NCBI GenBank assembly: GCA_009781445.1
Contig: WQYD01000002.1
Coordinates: forward strand, 17,792-81,791
DNA: 64,000 bases
Source: Bacillota bacterium
GTDB lineage: Bacteria > Bacillota > Clostridia > Christensenellales > DTU072
Reading direction: 5' to 3'
A model generated the notes under the pieces. That model saw only the letters and a program-made list of their open reading frames with translations, was not told where the DNA came from and ran no database searches. This document shows, in pieces, positions 28,077 to 40,000 of the stretch (position 1 is its first letter; the number at the start of each line of letters is the position of its first letter). Position numbers and translations under genes: made by a program.

Positions 28077-31000
28077 CCGTGAATACCCCCGTAATGGAAG
28101 TTAACGGTAGCCTTGACACATTTATTGTGCATAACGAACAAGGCAATATCGTGGGCGGTGTTATTAACGACACAAGTTTTTACACTATAAACGAAAATAA
28201 CGAAGTTATAAAAATCAAAGTTGAAATTTCGGGTGAACTTTACTTTAAAGCAGACGATACCGTGGGCGCGGTTATAGACGATAACGGTGATTTAATTCCC
28301 GGCACGGAAATTGATTTATCAAGAGTTATCCAAACCATACTCACGAACACAGAAATCGGCGTGGTGCTTAAAAACGCTGGCTTTGAAGATAAAAAACTTG
28401 GCTTTACCCTTAAGGCTTCTGTTAACATTATGGATTTAATCCTTAACGGAACGGAAGCTATGGAACGCATGGAAGTGGTGTTCATAATAGACGCGTACGA
28501 AGGCAGTACCATTACCGCCACAATAGCGGTTTATATTGAAAGAGGAAACCTTTATGCAGATTTTGCCGATATTAACCTTGGAAAACTGCGCATAGATAAT
28601 GTAATGGACTTCCTTGGCGATCTCTCAGGCGGGCTGGGCGGGCTTATGGGCGGTTCGCAAACCGCAGGGCAAGTGAACGCACCGCGCAGTTCGGCGTACA
28701 GCATGGCGGAAAGGGGCGCAATGGCACGCATAAGCCTGCAACTTGGAAATAACCACGGATTAGTGGTGGCAATCTGTAGCGATGTTATTGCGGTAATGCT
28801 TAACGCATTTGCGATTCCTCAGCTTGAAAATGAAAAATTAGGCGATTTATTTAACGAAATAACTTATAATTCTTTCCGCCTGCAAATTGATGTGGCGCAT
28901 AGTGCCATGGCAGGGCTTAAGCTAAATTTGGGGCAATATGAAGTAGGCGTACAGCTTAACGAAGTTACCCTTCATTTCAGGCGTACGGAAATGAGTGAAC
29001 TTGCACGCCCTGTTAGAGATAGAGATACGGGCGAAATCCTTATAGCAGGATTTGAACCTAACGATTATTTACCTTTAAGCCTTAGCGCAATTCACATTTC
29101 CGTTTCCGCATTCTTCGGTTGGGAAATGGATGACGGCACAGATTTCAACCTTGCCGAAGCATTGCAAGGGCTTGATATTATGGGCTTAAAAATTGAACCT
29201 ATTCTTAAAATTATAGGCGCGCTTGGCGCAAAGTTCAGGCTTGATGTTGATCTCAATTTAAATCTTGCCGACTTAATGAATGACGCCATTCCTTTTGAAC
29301 AAAGGTTCAAGAGTTCGTCTATGAGGATTCAAATGCACGAAGTAAGCACAGGCGAAGCTATGTATGTGCTTGCGATTCACTATGTAAACGGGGACTTATA
29401 TATTGATTTAGAGGCTTTCGGTATCCAAAAGGTGCTAATTGAGGATGCCGTAGATTACTTTATATCATTTTACTATAACCTAACAGGCACGCCCACAGGT
29501 AACACGGCAGTTCCTATGTACAGCGCAAGCGGTGCGCGCAATATGCCCAATGTGAATGCTGTTGCTTCGTATATTAACCTAATTTTCTGCCCCGAAGGAA
29601 TCGTGCTTAATGTGGGTTCGGCAGCTTTATTTGCCGTGCTAAGAATGATGTCGCTTGACATTGAAAGCTACATTGATCCAGTGGGTTACATTGATATTAA
29701 CGCAACTCTATTCGGTGCGGAAGATGTGTTTGAACTTGAGTTCGCGCTTTATTCCAAGCAATTGAATTGCAGTGAAGCGCACACGCACGGCGCGCTTTGC
29801 AATAACGCTGTTAAGCTTTTCCTATCCTTTAGCAATTCTTACGAAATCAGCTTCGGCATTTTGGATAGGCACATTATCACACCGCCAAGCGGTTATCACC
29901 GCATTGAAACAAGCGCGCCCACCTTGGGCATAGGCACAAAAATTGTGTTTGAAGCCTTTGCTTCTGAGGACGGCGAAATTCTTAACCTTTATAGAGAACC
30001 GCTTGAATCCTTGGTGGCGAATCTGCTTTCGGACATGGAATTTATAACAGAGGATTTTTTAAGTTTCATTCAATCCATCGCAATCACCATTTATTTCGGT
30101 GTGGTTCAAGAAACGCACGCGGTTTTTGAAATGGATATTTTAATTAACCTAAATGTTCTTGATCCTTCGGGCATTAACTTACAAATCACCATGTTCGTGG
30201 TTTCCACAGACGCGATAACAAAGCAGGAAACACGCACACGGATAATGCAATTTAACACTTACTTTGAAAATCTTTACATTGATCTTTCGCCCATAGGCGG
30301 GCCTATGTTCTATGTGGAAGAATTTGTGCCTATGGTTCTTGGGGGGCTTGACGGACTGCTTGGCAACCTGTTCGGCGGTGATGAGGACGGCGCAGATCCA
30401 AGCGCACCGAACAATGCACCCAAAAACGAACCAAGCACACCTTACGGCATAAGAATGCCTCTTGAACTTCAAATTAACGAAACAGGTTTATTTGCTTACG
30501 CTTACAAAGAAGCGTTTAACGCAATCCTAACAATGTTAAAAATGGAAGAGCTTGCAATGTTTGATAAAATCACCCTTGATTTGCACGCGATTCCTGAAAA
30601 CAACGCACTCACCCTCGGGCTTGGCATAAGCATTCGGGACACGGGCAGAGATGTAGACGATATCAGCATAGGTTTTGACTTAAAGGGCTGGCGGGTAAAC
30701 TTTGAACCTTGGGGCGAAAACACCTTGATTATTCCCAACCCCGATAAGTACGAAATCGGGCTTAGCGAAGTTCAAACCATTAAATTATCCTTGCAATTTG
30801 AAGTGGGCTTTAGCCTTGACGAAGGAAATATAATGCTTGAAGCCCTTTACGAAGTGTTGCTTAATCCGCAACTCACAGGGCTAACTTCCACCCTTCCTTA
30901 CGCTTTAAGCCTCGGCAACCTCGGGGATACCCTTGTGGTTGATCTTGACGCTATTGTTGAGATAGACGATTTTGCAAACCTCTTGAACACGGTTCAATTA

Positions 31001-34000
31001 AGAATATCCGTTTATTCTAAATCAGATCCGCATAGTTTCAGAATGGATATTTATTACCACCGCGGTAACCTTTATGTAGACGGACGGTTTATAGGGTTAA
31101 CCCAAGTAAAAGTAGACGACTTCATGGGATTTATTGAATTCTTCGGCAATATGTTCGCTGGCGGTGGCGAAGAGGACGAAGAACTTTCAAATAGTGCTTC
31201 CCTTGCAAGCAAGGTTTTGGCACTTGAAAGCAAAATGAAAAATGCGCCTGCAAACACACCAGCGTATCAATCCGCCTTTGATCAAGCCATTCACAGAATG
31301 TACATGATTGAAATTCTGCTTGGCGCGGAAACTGGGCTACTTGTTCAAATGGGCGCGAAAATGTTTGAGCTTGCGCTTCTTGCGCTTGGGCTTGAACTTG
31401 ATCCTATGTCAATGCTTGCAGGAATCGTGGCAGGACTGGACGATATTCCTGATGACGACAGAGAGGAATATATTAAGGAATATCTGCAAAACCTCGGCAT
31501 AAACACGGATATTATTCAAGTAAGTGAGTTGCTTTTAAAGATAGCTAACCCCGAACTTAACTTAAGGGTTACCCCTGATTTAAATGCGTCAATCGGCTTT
31601 AAACTTACGGGCTTTGTGATGCACGATTGCAGAAAGAACAACATTTGCGCAGGCACGCTTTGCACAGAGTACGGTGTGGTGGAAGCAGACGGCGGTTCTC
31701 TTGGAATGCACCTTGGCATAAATCTTCCTGCCACAAGGCTTTCCTTCTTTAGGAAGAAAACTCACTCTTCAGCACCCCCCGCGGATTTAATTTCTCAAGC
31801 GGAAATTGCACAGTACACAAACTATTCTGAATTAAGCGTGTACACAGAAATCAATATGAGTGCCACGCTTGAACTGCATGACGGCAGAATCACGGCAGAC
31901 GGGCTTATCGGCGCAGCTTTCCAAATCTTGGGGCTTCCGGGTGCGCTTGAAACGGACATCGTGTTTGCAGGCGGTTACGAACAAATGATTATAGAAATCA
32001 ACGGACGGTTGGGCATAGACTTTAAAAAACTTATGGATCCCACTCTTCCGCAAAATGTAAGGCAAAACGCGCTTGTTGCCTCACTTGAAATTTCTTACCA
32101 TATTATTGATCAACACGGCAAAGATAAATCCGATTCATATTATAGCCACACGCTTGCAAGCGCGTACTTTATAGATAACAATGTGTATTTAAGCATAAAG
32201 CTGTTTGATTCGGTGGTGGATGTGGTTCTGCCTGATATAGACATTGCCACATGGATGTTTGAATTCTTTGGCATTGCAAAATCCGAAGAGGACGGGGACG
32301 GCAACCCCATAAGCGGTTACGGTTCGCCTCAAAGCCTTCAAAACGCTTCAAAATCCCCCTTGCACGCAATGGGTGAGGGCTTTAAGGCGGTGGGCGCAGG
32401 GGTAAATAATTTTGATACCATTAGTTCGGTTATCATGCTTAATTCAAGCGGATTAACAATTTTATTAACCCAAAACCTGCTTGTGGATGTGCTTGAATTC
32501 CTGCGTTCGGTAATGCGTGCTTCGCAATCCGCCACAGGGGAAGCCATGCTTGATTTAGAGGGCGTGGATTTCAGGGCGATTCTTGACGAAGTTTTAACAA
32601 GTGCGTCCCTTGGCGTAGTGTTTAATGAAAAAGACGGATTTGCCGTTAAATTTAACCTGTTTAAGGATCAAGAAACGCGTTCTTTCGGCAATTCCATGTA
32701 CCAATCCGCAGGATATGACATTACGCTTTCACTGCTTCATAACACAGCGTTTTCCACGCATAGATCGGATTACGATTCCTTCTATCACTTCCTCACAGTG
32801 GGCAATATAGCCGTTGATCCCGAACACCCCGATTATTTCAACATGGTTGAATATAAACTTGGTTGCTTTGATATCACCGATGTGGCATGGCGCATTACAA
32901 TGCAGGTAGAATTCTTTTTGGGTGCAGACTTCAGGGCTTTCTTACTTAATTGGTCAGGGCTTGTGTCTGCCATTGATCCCACTTCCGCTTTCTATATTCA
33001 GTTCCTTGAAAGAATGAGTGGCGATGTTATCTTGAGATTGCATTTATCCACGCTGTTCACCGAAATCGGCAGATTCGCGCTTGATTTGATTCTTGAATTT
33101 GTGGATGGGGACGGCAATGAGATTATGACGCTGTTCTTCGTGGGCAACTTGGACAGGACTGGAAATAACCCCAATTATGATTACAATAACATTGATCCCA
33201 AGCTATATTTAAGGCTTGCAGGCGTGCCTGATCAAGATATTGAACCCATTGGAATCGCGCTTGACGCTGATTCGTTCATGCACTTTGCAAACCTTAACTT
33301 AAGAGATTTCTTTGACGCCTTTAAGGTGGACGAAAACGGTGCTTCCCCCGCTTCCTTACAGTTTCAGCCCGATCCCGATAATGACGATGAGGGCGATGCA
33401 GTTGCCGCATGGTGGGCAACACTTCTTGAAAGCGTTGTGTTTAACAAGGGGCAAATCGTTATCGTGGTTGCAAAAACCGCACTTCAAACGATTGCAAGCG
33501 AACTGCTTGGCTTGCCGTTTGACGAAATCGGCAGGGTTTCGCTTACCATTGATATGATAGCAGGGGTTATTCAAATAGACTTATCCCTTGATAATCAAAG
33601 AGATGTGGAAACAAGCGATCTTTACAGTGGCGGAATAAGCTATTCCACATTCGGCGGTAACCATTGGATTGATAAGGATTATATGAACGATCCGTCCTTA
33701 GTGCAACCGATGCAGGACGCAGTTAACCTCACAATAGCTTCCTTTAACACACAAAGAAACGGATTACCCGCACACATAGTGCTTGCGGAAATGACTGCTA
33801 ACCGCTATAACATTTGGAACCAAAGTTTTGCAAGCGCAGTGGGATTCACTAAGGCTACCGAAGAAAGGTTCTATAACGGCAGAATAGTAATTATCACGCA
33901 CATTGAAAATGAAGCCCTTGGAATGCGCGGTGCGCATATGCGCTTAAGTAACGGGCTTGTGGTTATGCTTTTCCAAGAGGAAACAGAGTTCCCAAGTAAT

Positions 34001-37000
34001 ATTTCAAGGCGCATTACGATAAATGAACTTGATGTGGGAATCCTTGCGGTTTCCGAAATCACTTATGCACGCCCCGAACAGTTTATTCCGCAGTTGATTG
34101 ATCCTGCTTTCCCTGCATTTGATCCCGGAATCGGCGGTTGGGAATTTATAACCTCATTTGCAAGCGAATACACCAAAAAGTATGACGATAATGCTACCAC
34201 AATGAAAGATGTTTATTACTTCCTTTACGGCGGTGTAACATTTGAAATGATTTCGGAATATGTGAAACTTCTTGAAAGGGCAGACTATTATTGGATGCGC
34301 GATCACGCGGGCGTTTGGCACCTTGAAAAGAATAAAACCGTGTTCCAAGCTAATTGTGCAGTTTGCGCAGGTTGCTTAAATTATGAAGCCTGCTTAAGCC
34401 CGATAATTGTAAGCGGAAAGGGCGAAAGCATAAATGTGCTTATTAAACTTATTTGGAATGAAGCAAGCGGTGTTCTTCAAATGGCTGTGTACGATAACAG
34501 CAGTATGTTTAACTTCAAGTTCGGCATGGCTTCCATAAATGTGAAACTTGCCGTTCAAGATATCTTCCGCGCGTATGTTCCTTATGCTTATAAGGACGAT
34601 TTTACCCAATACTTTGATTACTATTTCAGCCCCTTTAACAGCTTTAAATGGGAATTTGAAACTGGAATTGAATTTACGGCAGACGACACTATCGGCGGAT
34701 TCTTTGATGCCACTTCCCTAATAGGAATGGTGGTGGGCATGGTGCCTGCGCTTTCTGCGTTCGGGCTTGAGGATATTGCTTTCGGAATCCAACCGGGTGA
34801 GGCGTTAAGCGTGAGAATAGGCTTAACCCTAAGAATGTTTATAGACTTTAAGGATCTTGAAAAGCTAAATCTTCAATTAAGAATGACTTATCAAGGTAAC
34901 GAAGTTATGCTTATTACCTACCAAGGCAGGATTAACAGCCAAAATGAGGAAGAAAGCACGCTTTTTGTGGATTTAACAGGGTTATTCACACAAAACCCCG
35001 ATGCCACTTCTCACGCAGTAGCCTTTAAGATAGAAGATGTTATGCTTGCAGGGCTTGTGAAAGGCATGATGGGAAGCATAAATCTTAGCGGAATCGGTTC
35101 TTCGCTTTCGGATATGATTGGCGGAATCGTGGGCGGTATCGGCGCAGACAGCAATAACAGCGCAAATAACGGTGCAAGAAGTGCTTCGCAAAATTCCGCA
35201 AGAGGGGAATATTTACCGCTTGAAGATATTATTGATTTATCACAAATCACATTCGGAAACGCGCTTTTACTTCTAACCATGGCAAGCAACAATGTTACGC
35301 TTGCAATCACAGGCGCAATGGTAGTTTCCGCTATGCAGTTCTTATCGGGCGGGGATATGAGTTTACCCATGTTCAATAACCTTGAAATCGGTTATGCAGA
35401 AAATGTAATGGAAAGAACCTATTACAGCGAAATTACCGAAAGGGATTCCACTACCACGCATAACACCGAAAAACTTAAAGCAGTTGCCACAAGAAAGGCG
35501 GATAGTTCTGCCGTTCTTGTGCTTGCAAAGAGGGCTAATAATATTTGGCTTAATGCTGAAAGGCTTGAACTTAGCAACATAACCGAACAGCTTACTTACA
35601 GGGGCAGGGTTTGGGGTTCAGTGGCAGGGCTTTACGATCTTTGGATAGGCGCGCCTGATTTTGTGAGGCAGGTTACCGCAATTTATTCCTACCCTGCGGA
35701 TGCAGGTTGTGCGGGCTGTTCGGATTGCACTGTGTACCACATTGTGTTCAGGGCAATAACCGATGCCACTTGGGAAAATTACTTAAAATCACTTGAAACC
35801 GCCTTTGTGGTTGAAAGCAAAGTAGAGGGCAGAGATTTAGCAGGGTTAATGCTAAGGCTAACAAACGATACCCCTTATGAACAAGCATTCCGCTTGGGGC
35901 TTAACTTTAGAGGCGGATACTTTGGCTTCGGCACAGGAATCACTAACAGGATAACCGTTGCCGATGTGGAAAGATATGAGGATATTTCAAGCCTTAAAGA
36001 AATAGGGCTTACGCTTGACGCGGAATTAACAATAAGAACAAGAACCCCCGAAAATGAAAAATCCGAACAGATTCAAATGCTTGAACAGCTTATTGAAATC
36101 ATGCTTGGCATGGCACCGGGGGCAATTGATCTTGACTTGCAGGACAGCACGGTTATCTTTGGATTATCACTTCGCCTTTATTCAAATATCGGCCCGATAA
36201 CTTATCCAGACGGAACTGCCTATAAACAGTACGAAGCAACCACGCTTCAATTGATAATAACATTTAACGATTCACCGCTTTTCGTGATTTATTACTATGC
36301 AACCTCTAACACCGTATATATTGATTTAGATGGTTTGGGGCTTTTCCGTTCCGCAATTAACGGTGTGGATTTAATGGCAATCCTTGGCGGAATGCTTAGC
36401 GGATTCGTGGGTGAAAACGGAATAGACTTAACTTCGCTTTTAATGGGCGGTGGCGGTGAAGAGGATTCCGAAGAAAGCGGTTCAGGCACCCAAAACCCTG
36501 CAAGCCCTAAGAATTCGGCACTAAACCAAGAACTTCTAACTGCACAGGATTCCGCGCTTGTTAGGGTGCTTTTCACTAACGAAGGCTTTACAATTAACCC
36601 TAACGCAATGTCTTTAGCTAAATTAGTTACTGGCATTATGCCTGATATCGGCCCGCTTCTTCCTGCGTTCCCCGATATAAGGATTTCCACAAGCGTGGCT
36701 TCGGGGCTTAATAACCTTTCCGCAAGGATAAGGGTGGATAACCTTGGCAACCGCGTGCAGATTGATGTGGCGGAAGACGGCTTCCTATTCGCCGTGGGCG
36801 GTGCTTCAAGAAGATTCCGTGTGCCTGAATTAAGCGAAAGCCGTTTGAACACATTCGGCGGAATCGTGGGCGCAACCCTTACGGCAAATAATCAAGGTGC
36901 TATGGTTATGGATATTGACACCGTAGCCCTATTATCCACAATTGTAGATACCATTATGGTTAGGAACTTAACCATTTATCTTGATCACAGGGCAGATTAT

Positions 37001-40000
37001 TGGTATTTGAGAAACTTAAGGTTTGATATTCCTAAATATATTAACGGCCCTACCTATTTCGGCACGGATATGTTTGCAGGCTACCAAAAGGCGGATCAAC
37101 CTTTCGGGCTTTATCCGTTTGCAAATGTGGATCTTGGTTGGCTTGAAAATATCCCCCTCTTGGGCGGATTGGCAGGCCCGCTTAAGAACCTTGGTATAGG
37201 CTTAGATTCCTATTCACCTATGCTTATTAAAAACGGCTATAGGCGCATAAGGCTTCAAGTAACCAAAACCCCCAATAACGCAATTGAGGCACGGATAGAA
37301 CAGCTTACCGCAGTTCTCGGCATAGATAACCTTATCCCAAGCCCCGAAGAAGATTGGATTCCCATGCGTGCAAGCGCGTTTATATCGGATAACATTGTGC
37401 GCCTAAGGCTTGGCACTGCGCTTGTTCTTGATATATCGGGCATTATTGAATGGCTGGGCGGAATAATCGTGAGGGCAGTGGGCGGAATCTTCGGGCCTCT
37501 TGGTTCAACCATTTCAGGATTGGCATGGTCTGCTTTCGGCCCATATATCTCTCAATGGCTGGCTGGGCTGGTGGGCGATATTTCGGGCTACGGCAACCCC
37601 TTAGCTTTAGGGCAGATTATAGACGATATTACGGGTGGCGGTATAGAAGTATTTAGAATGTTTATGCCTGATCTCTTAAAGCCAGACAGTGACGAAAGCC
37701 AATATGATTACGGCACGCTGTACGGCATGGTTACAGGCAGGGACGGCGCACCCATTCAAGGCGCGCGCGTAACCATTTACACAGCAGGCGCGCTTATTAC
37801 CTCAGGCGCAGGCTATAGCGGTGGCGGTTCTGTGTACACCACCCTCACGGATAAGGACGGATATTATGCGTTTATCAATGTGGGTGCAGATGAATATATT
37901 ATCCAAATTTCAAAGATTGGTTACGCAGATTTAACCATGGCAGGGGACGGCGAATTAGACGAAAAGGTTAATGTACGCCCCTTTACCACCCACCCTGCAA
38001 TGCGTTCGGATTACATTTTGCGCCAAGAAAGCGAAATGGAAATCTTTACCGATATCACAATAGTGGTTCGCGTGCAAAGTTCGGCAGGTTCAGGCACTGT
38101 ACCCAATGTTCCTGTGTATCTTGATAACGGCATTACCCCTCTTGGAAGCACAGACTCAAGCGGTTTGCTAATCAGAATGATAGGCACGCTTTCAGAAGGG
38201 GTTTACAAAATTGCAGGAAGCAGGCACTTTATCAGGCTTGGTAACGGACAACGCGAAGAATTTACCATAACAAGCGCGGATAACGGCAGGCAAATTCAAA
38301 TTAACATAGTGTACGCAAACCCCGGTTCGGGCATTATTGCAGGAAGGTTAATGACATATAACCGCGAAAGCCTGCTTAACGGCACGGCAGGGCTTAGTGA
38401 ACTTCAAAGGGTAAGGGCAGGCGCTTCCATGCTTGTGGGTGCGTGGAATAACGAACTTACCGCAATGGGCATAACAGGCGAACAGGGCATAGTTTGGGGT
38501 TCAATTCCCGCCACCAGAGAGTATTATAAGGATAGCCAAGGCGTTATTTATGCGGTTATTCCAAATACCACCAAAGCACAGCTTGACAGCGCAAACACCG
38601 CTACCGCAATGGGTGGCAGGTATAATGCAAGAACTTCAAACCATGTTACTGGCGGAATCAATTACAGAAACGGCATAATTTACGAAAGCCGTTACTTCCC
38701 TCAATCCCAAGTGGCGGTTATGGCATTTAAGCGGGCAGAATTGGTGTCTATCAACCCTGCCGATGTGGAAATTTGGCTAACCATAAACGGAAACCTTTCT
38801 TCGGGCAATAACCTTAACTCAAGCACAAAAACCATAATGCAATCCCATTCGCATAACGGCTTATCAAATAGGTTCTGCGTTTCTAACTGCGAAAACGCTT
38901 GCGCAAACCCTCAAGATCAGAATTGGTGCCAAAAAGGTGAGGGCGATAGGATTGAAGCCACCGTTATCCCAAGGAATTATCTTGTGTACGGCGAAAGAAA
39001 CGGGCTTTTTGAGGAAGCACCGAATGTGGACGGCAACGGCTACTTTGAGATTAGAGATTTAGCACTAAACACAAACTATATGCTTAAAATCCGTTCGCGG
39101 ATTTATAAGAACCAAGACGGGGTTCGCCCGTGGGTAGCCACGAACATTAACATATTAGCAACTGAAGCTTACCGCTTAGCAGGCGGGGACGGCATTATTA
39201 TCCTTGAACCGCGCCCCCCTCACTGGACAGAACAAGAGGAATCAGACGGCGGTATGCTTTCCGCAGTGGGCAACATGATTTCAAGCGTGAGAATCCGCTT
39301 GGGTGCAGATATATTGGATAAAGGCTATAACAGCAACGATATCGGCATTCCAAGAACAACTTACGATTACCTCAATTCATTGGGCAAAGATGTTCTTGGC
39401 ACACTAATGAACACAATCCCCGGAATACTTGAAGCAATCCTGCCCAATGTTCCTTTCCTTGGCACTGTTACTGGTTGGCTAACCGGTTGGGGTTCGGGGC
39501 AACTCGGCACAGGGGACAAGAGTGCTTATCTTGACGAAAAGAATATGCCCACTTTCGTGCCTTGGTCTCATTACATTACAGGCTATAAGAAAGGCGCGCA
39601 GGATAGGTATGACGGCGTAACTTACATTGAAATTTGGCTTAACCCCACATTCATTACAGGAATGTTTGATATGGTTCACGGAATGCTGTTCCCCATGATG
39701 GGCATGGAACCGATTTCGCAAGATCAACGCTGGACGCAAGGTTCAACAAGCAGAGTGCCAGACGGCGTAACAGGCACAGGCGGATTCCTTGGAATCTCAC
39801 GCGATCAAAATATTGATAACTTTAAATATAACGGCGCGTTTAATGAATTAAACGATCTTGTGGTAAACCACCCTAACGGCGCACTCTTTAATTATAGGGA
39901 AGAGGCTTACAGCGGTAACAGATCGGAAACCCGTGCATTAGGCATGATTTATGATTATGTGTACCCCACAAAGGAAGCGTATACCATGAATATGCGTGCC

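Noticed and set aside
22800-36700. Considered naming the 14-module region AsmA/TamB-like or a repeating-beta-groove lipid-transfer protein.
   Set aside because: This rests only on an impression of amphipathic beta-strand periodicity. I cannot see a diagnostic motif, and the organism looks monoderm-like from its lipoprotein and LRR surface repertoire. It is kept only as a hypothesis to test by structure prediction.
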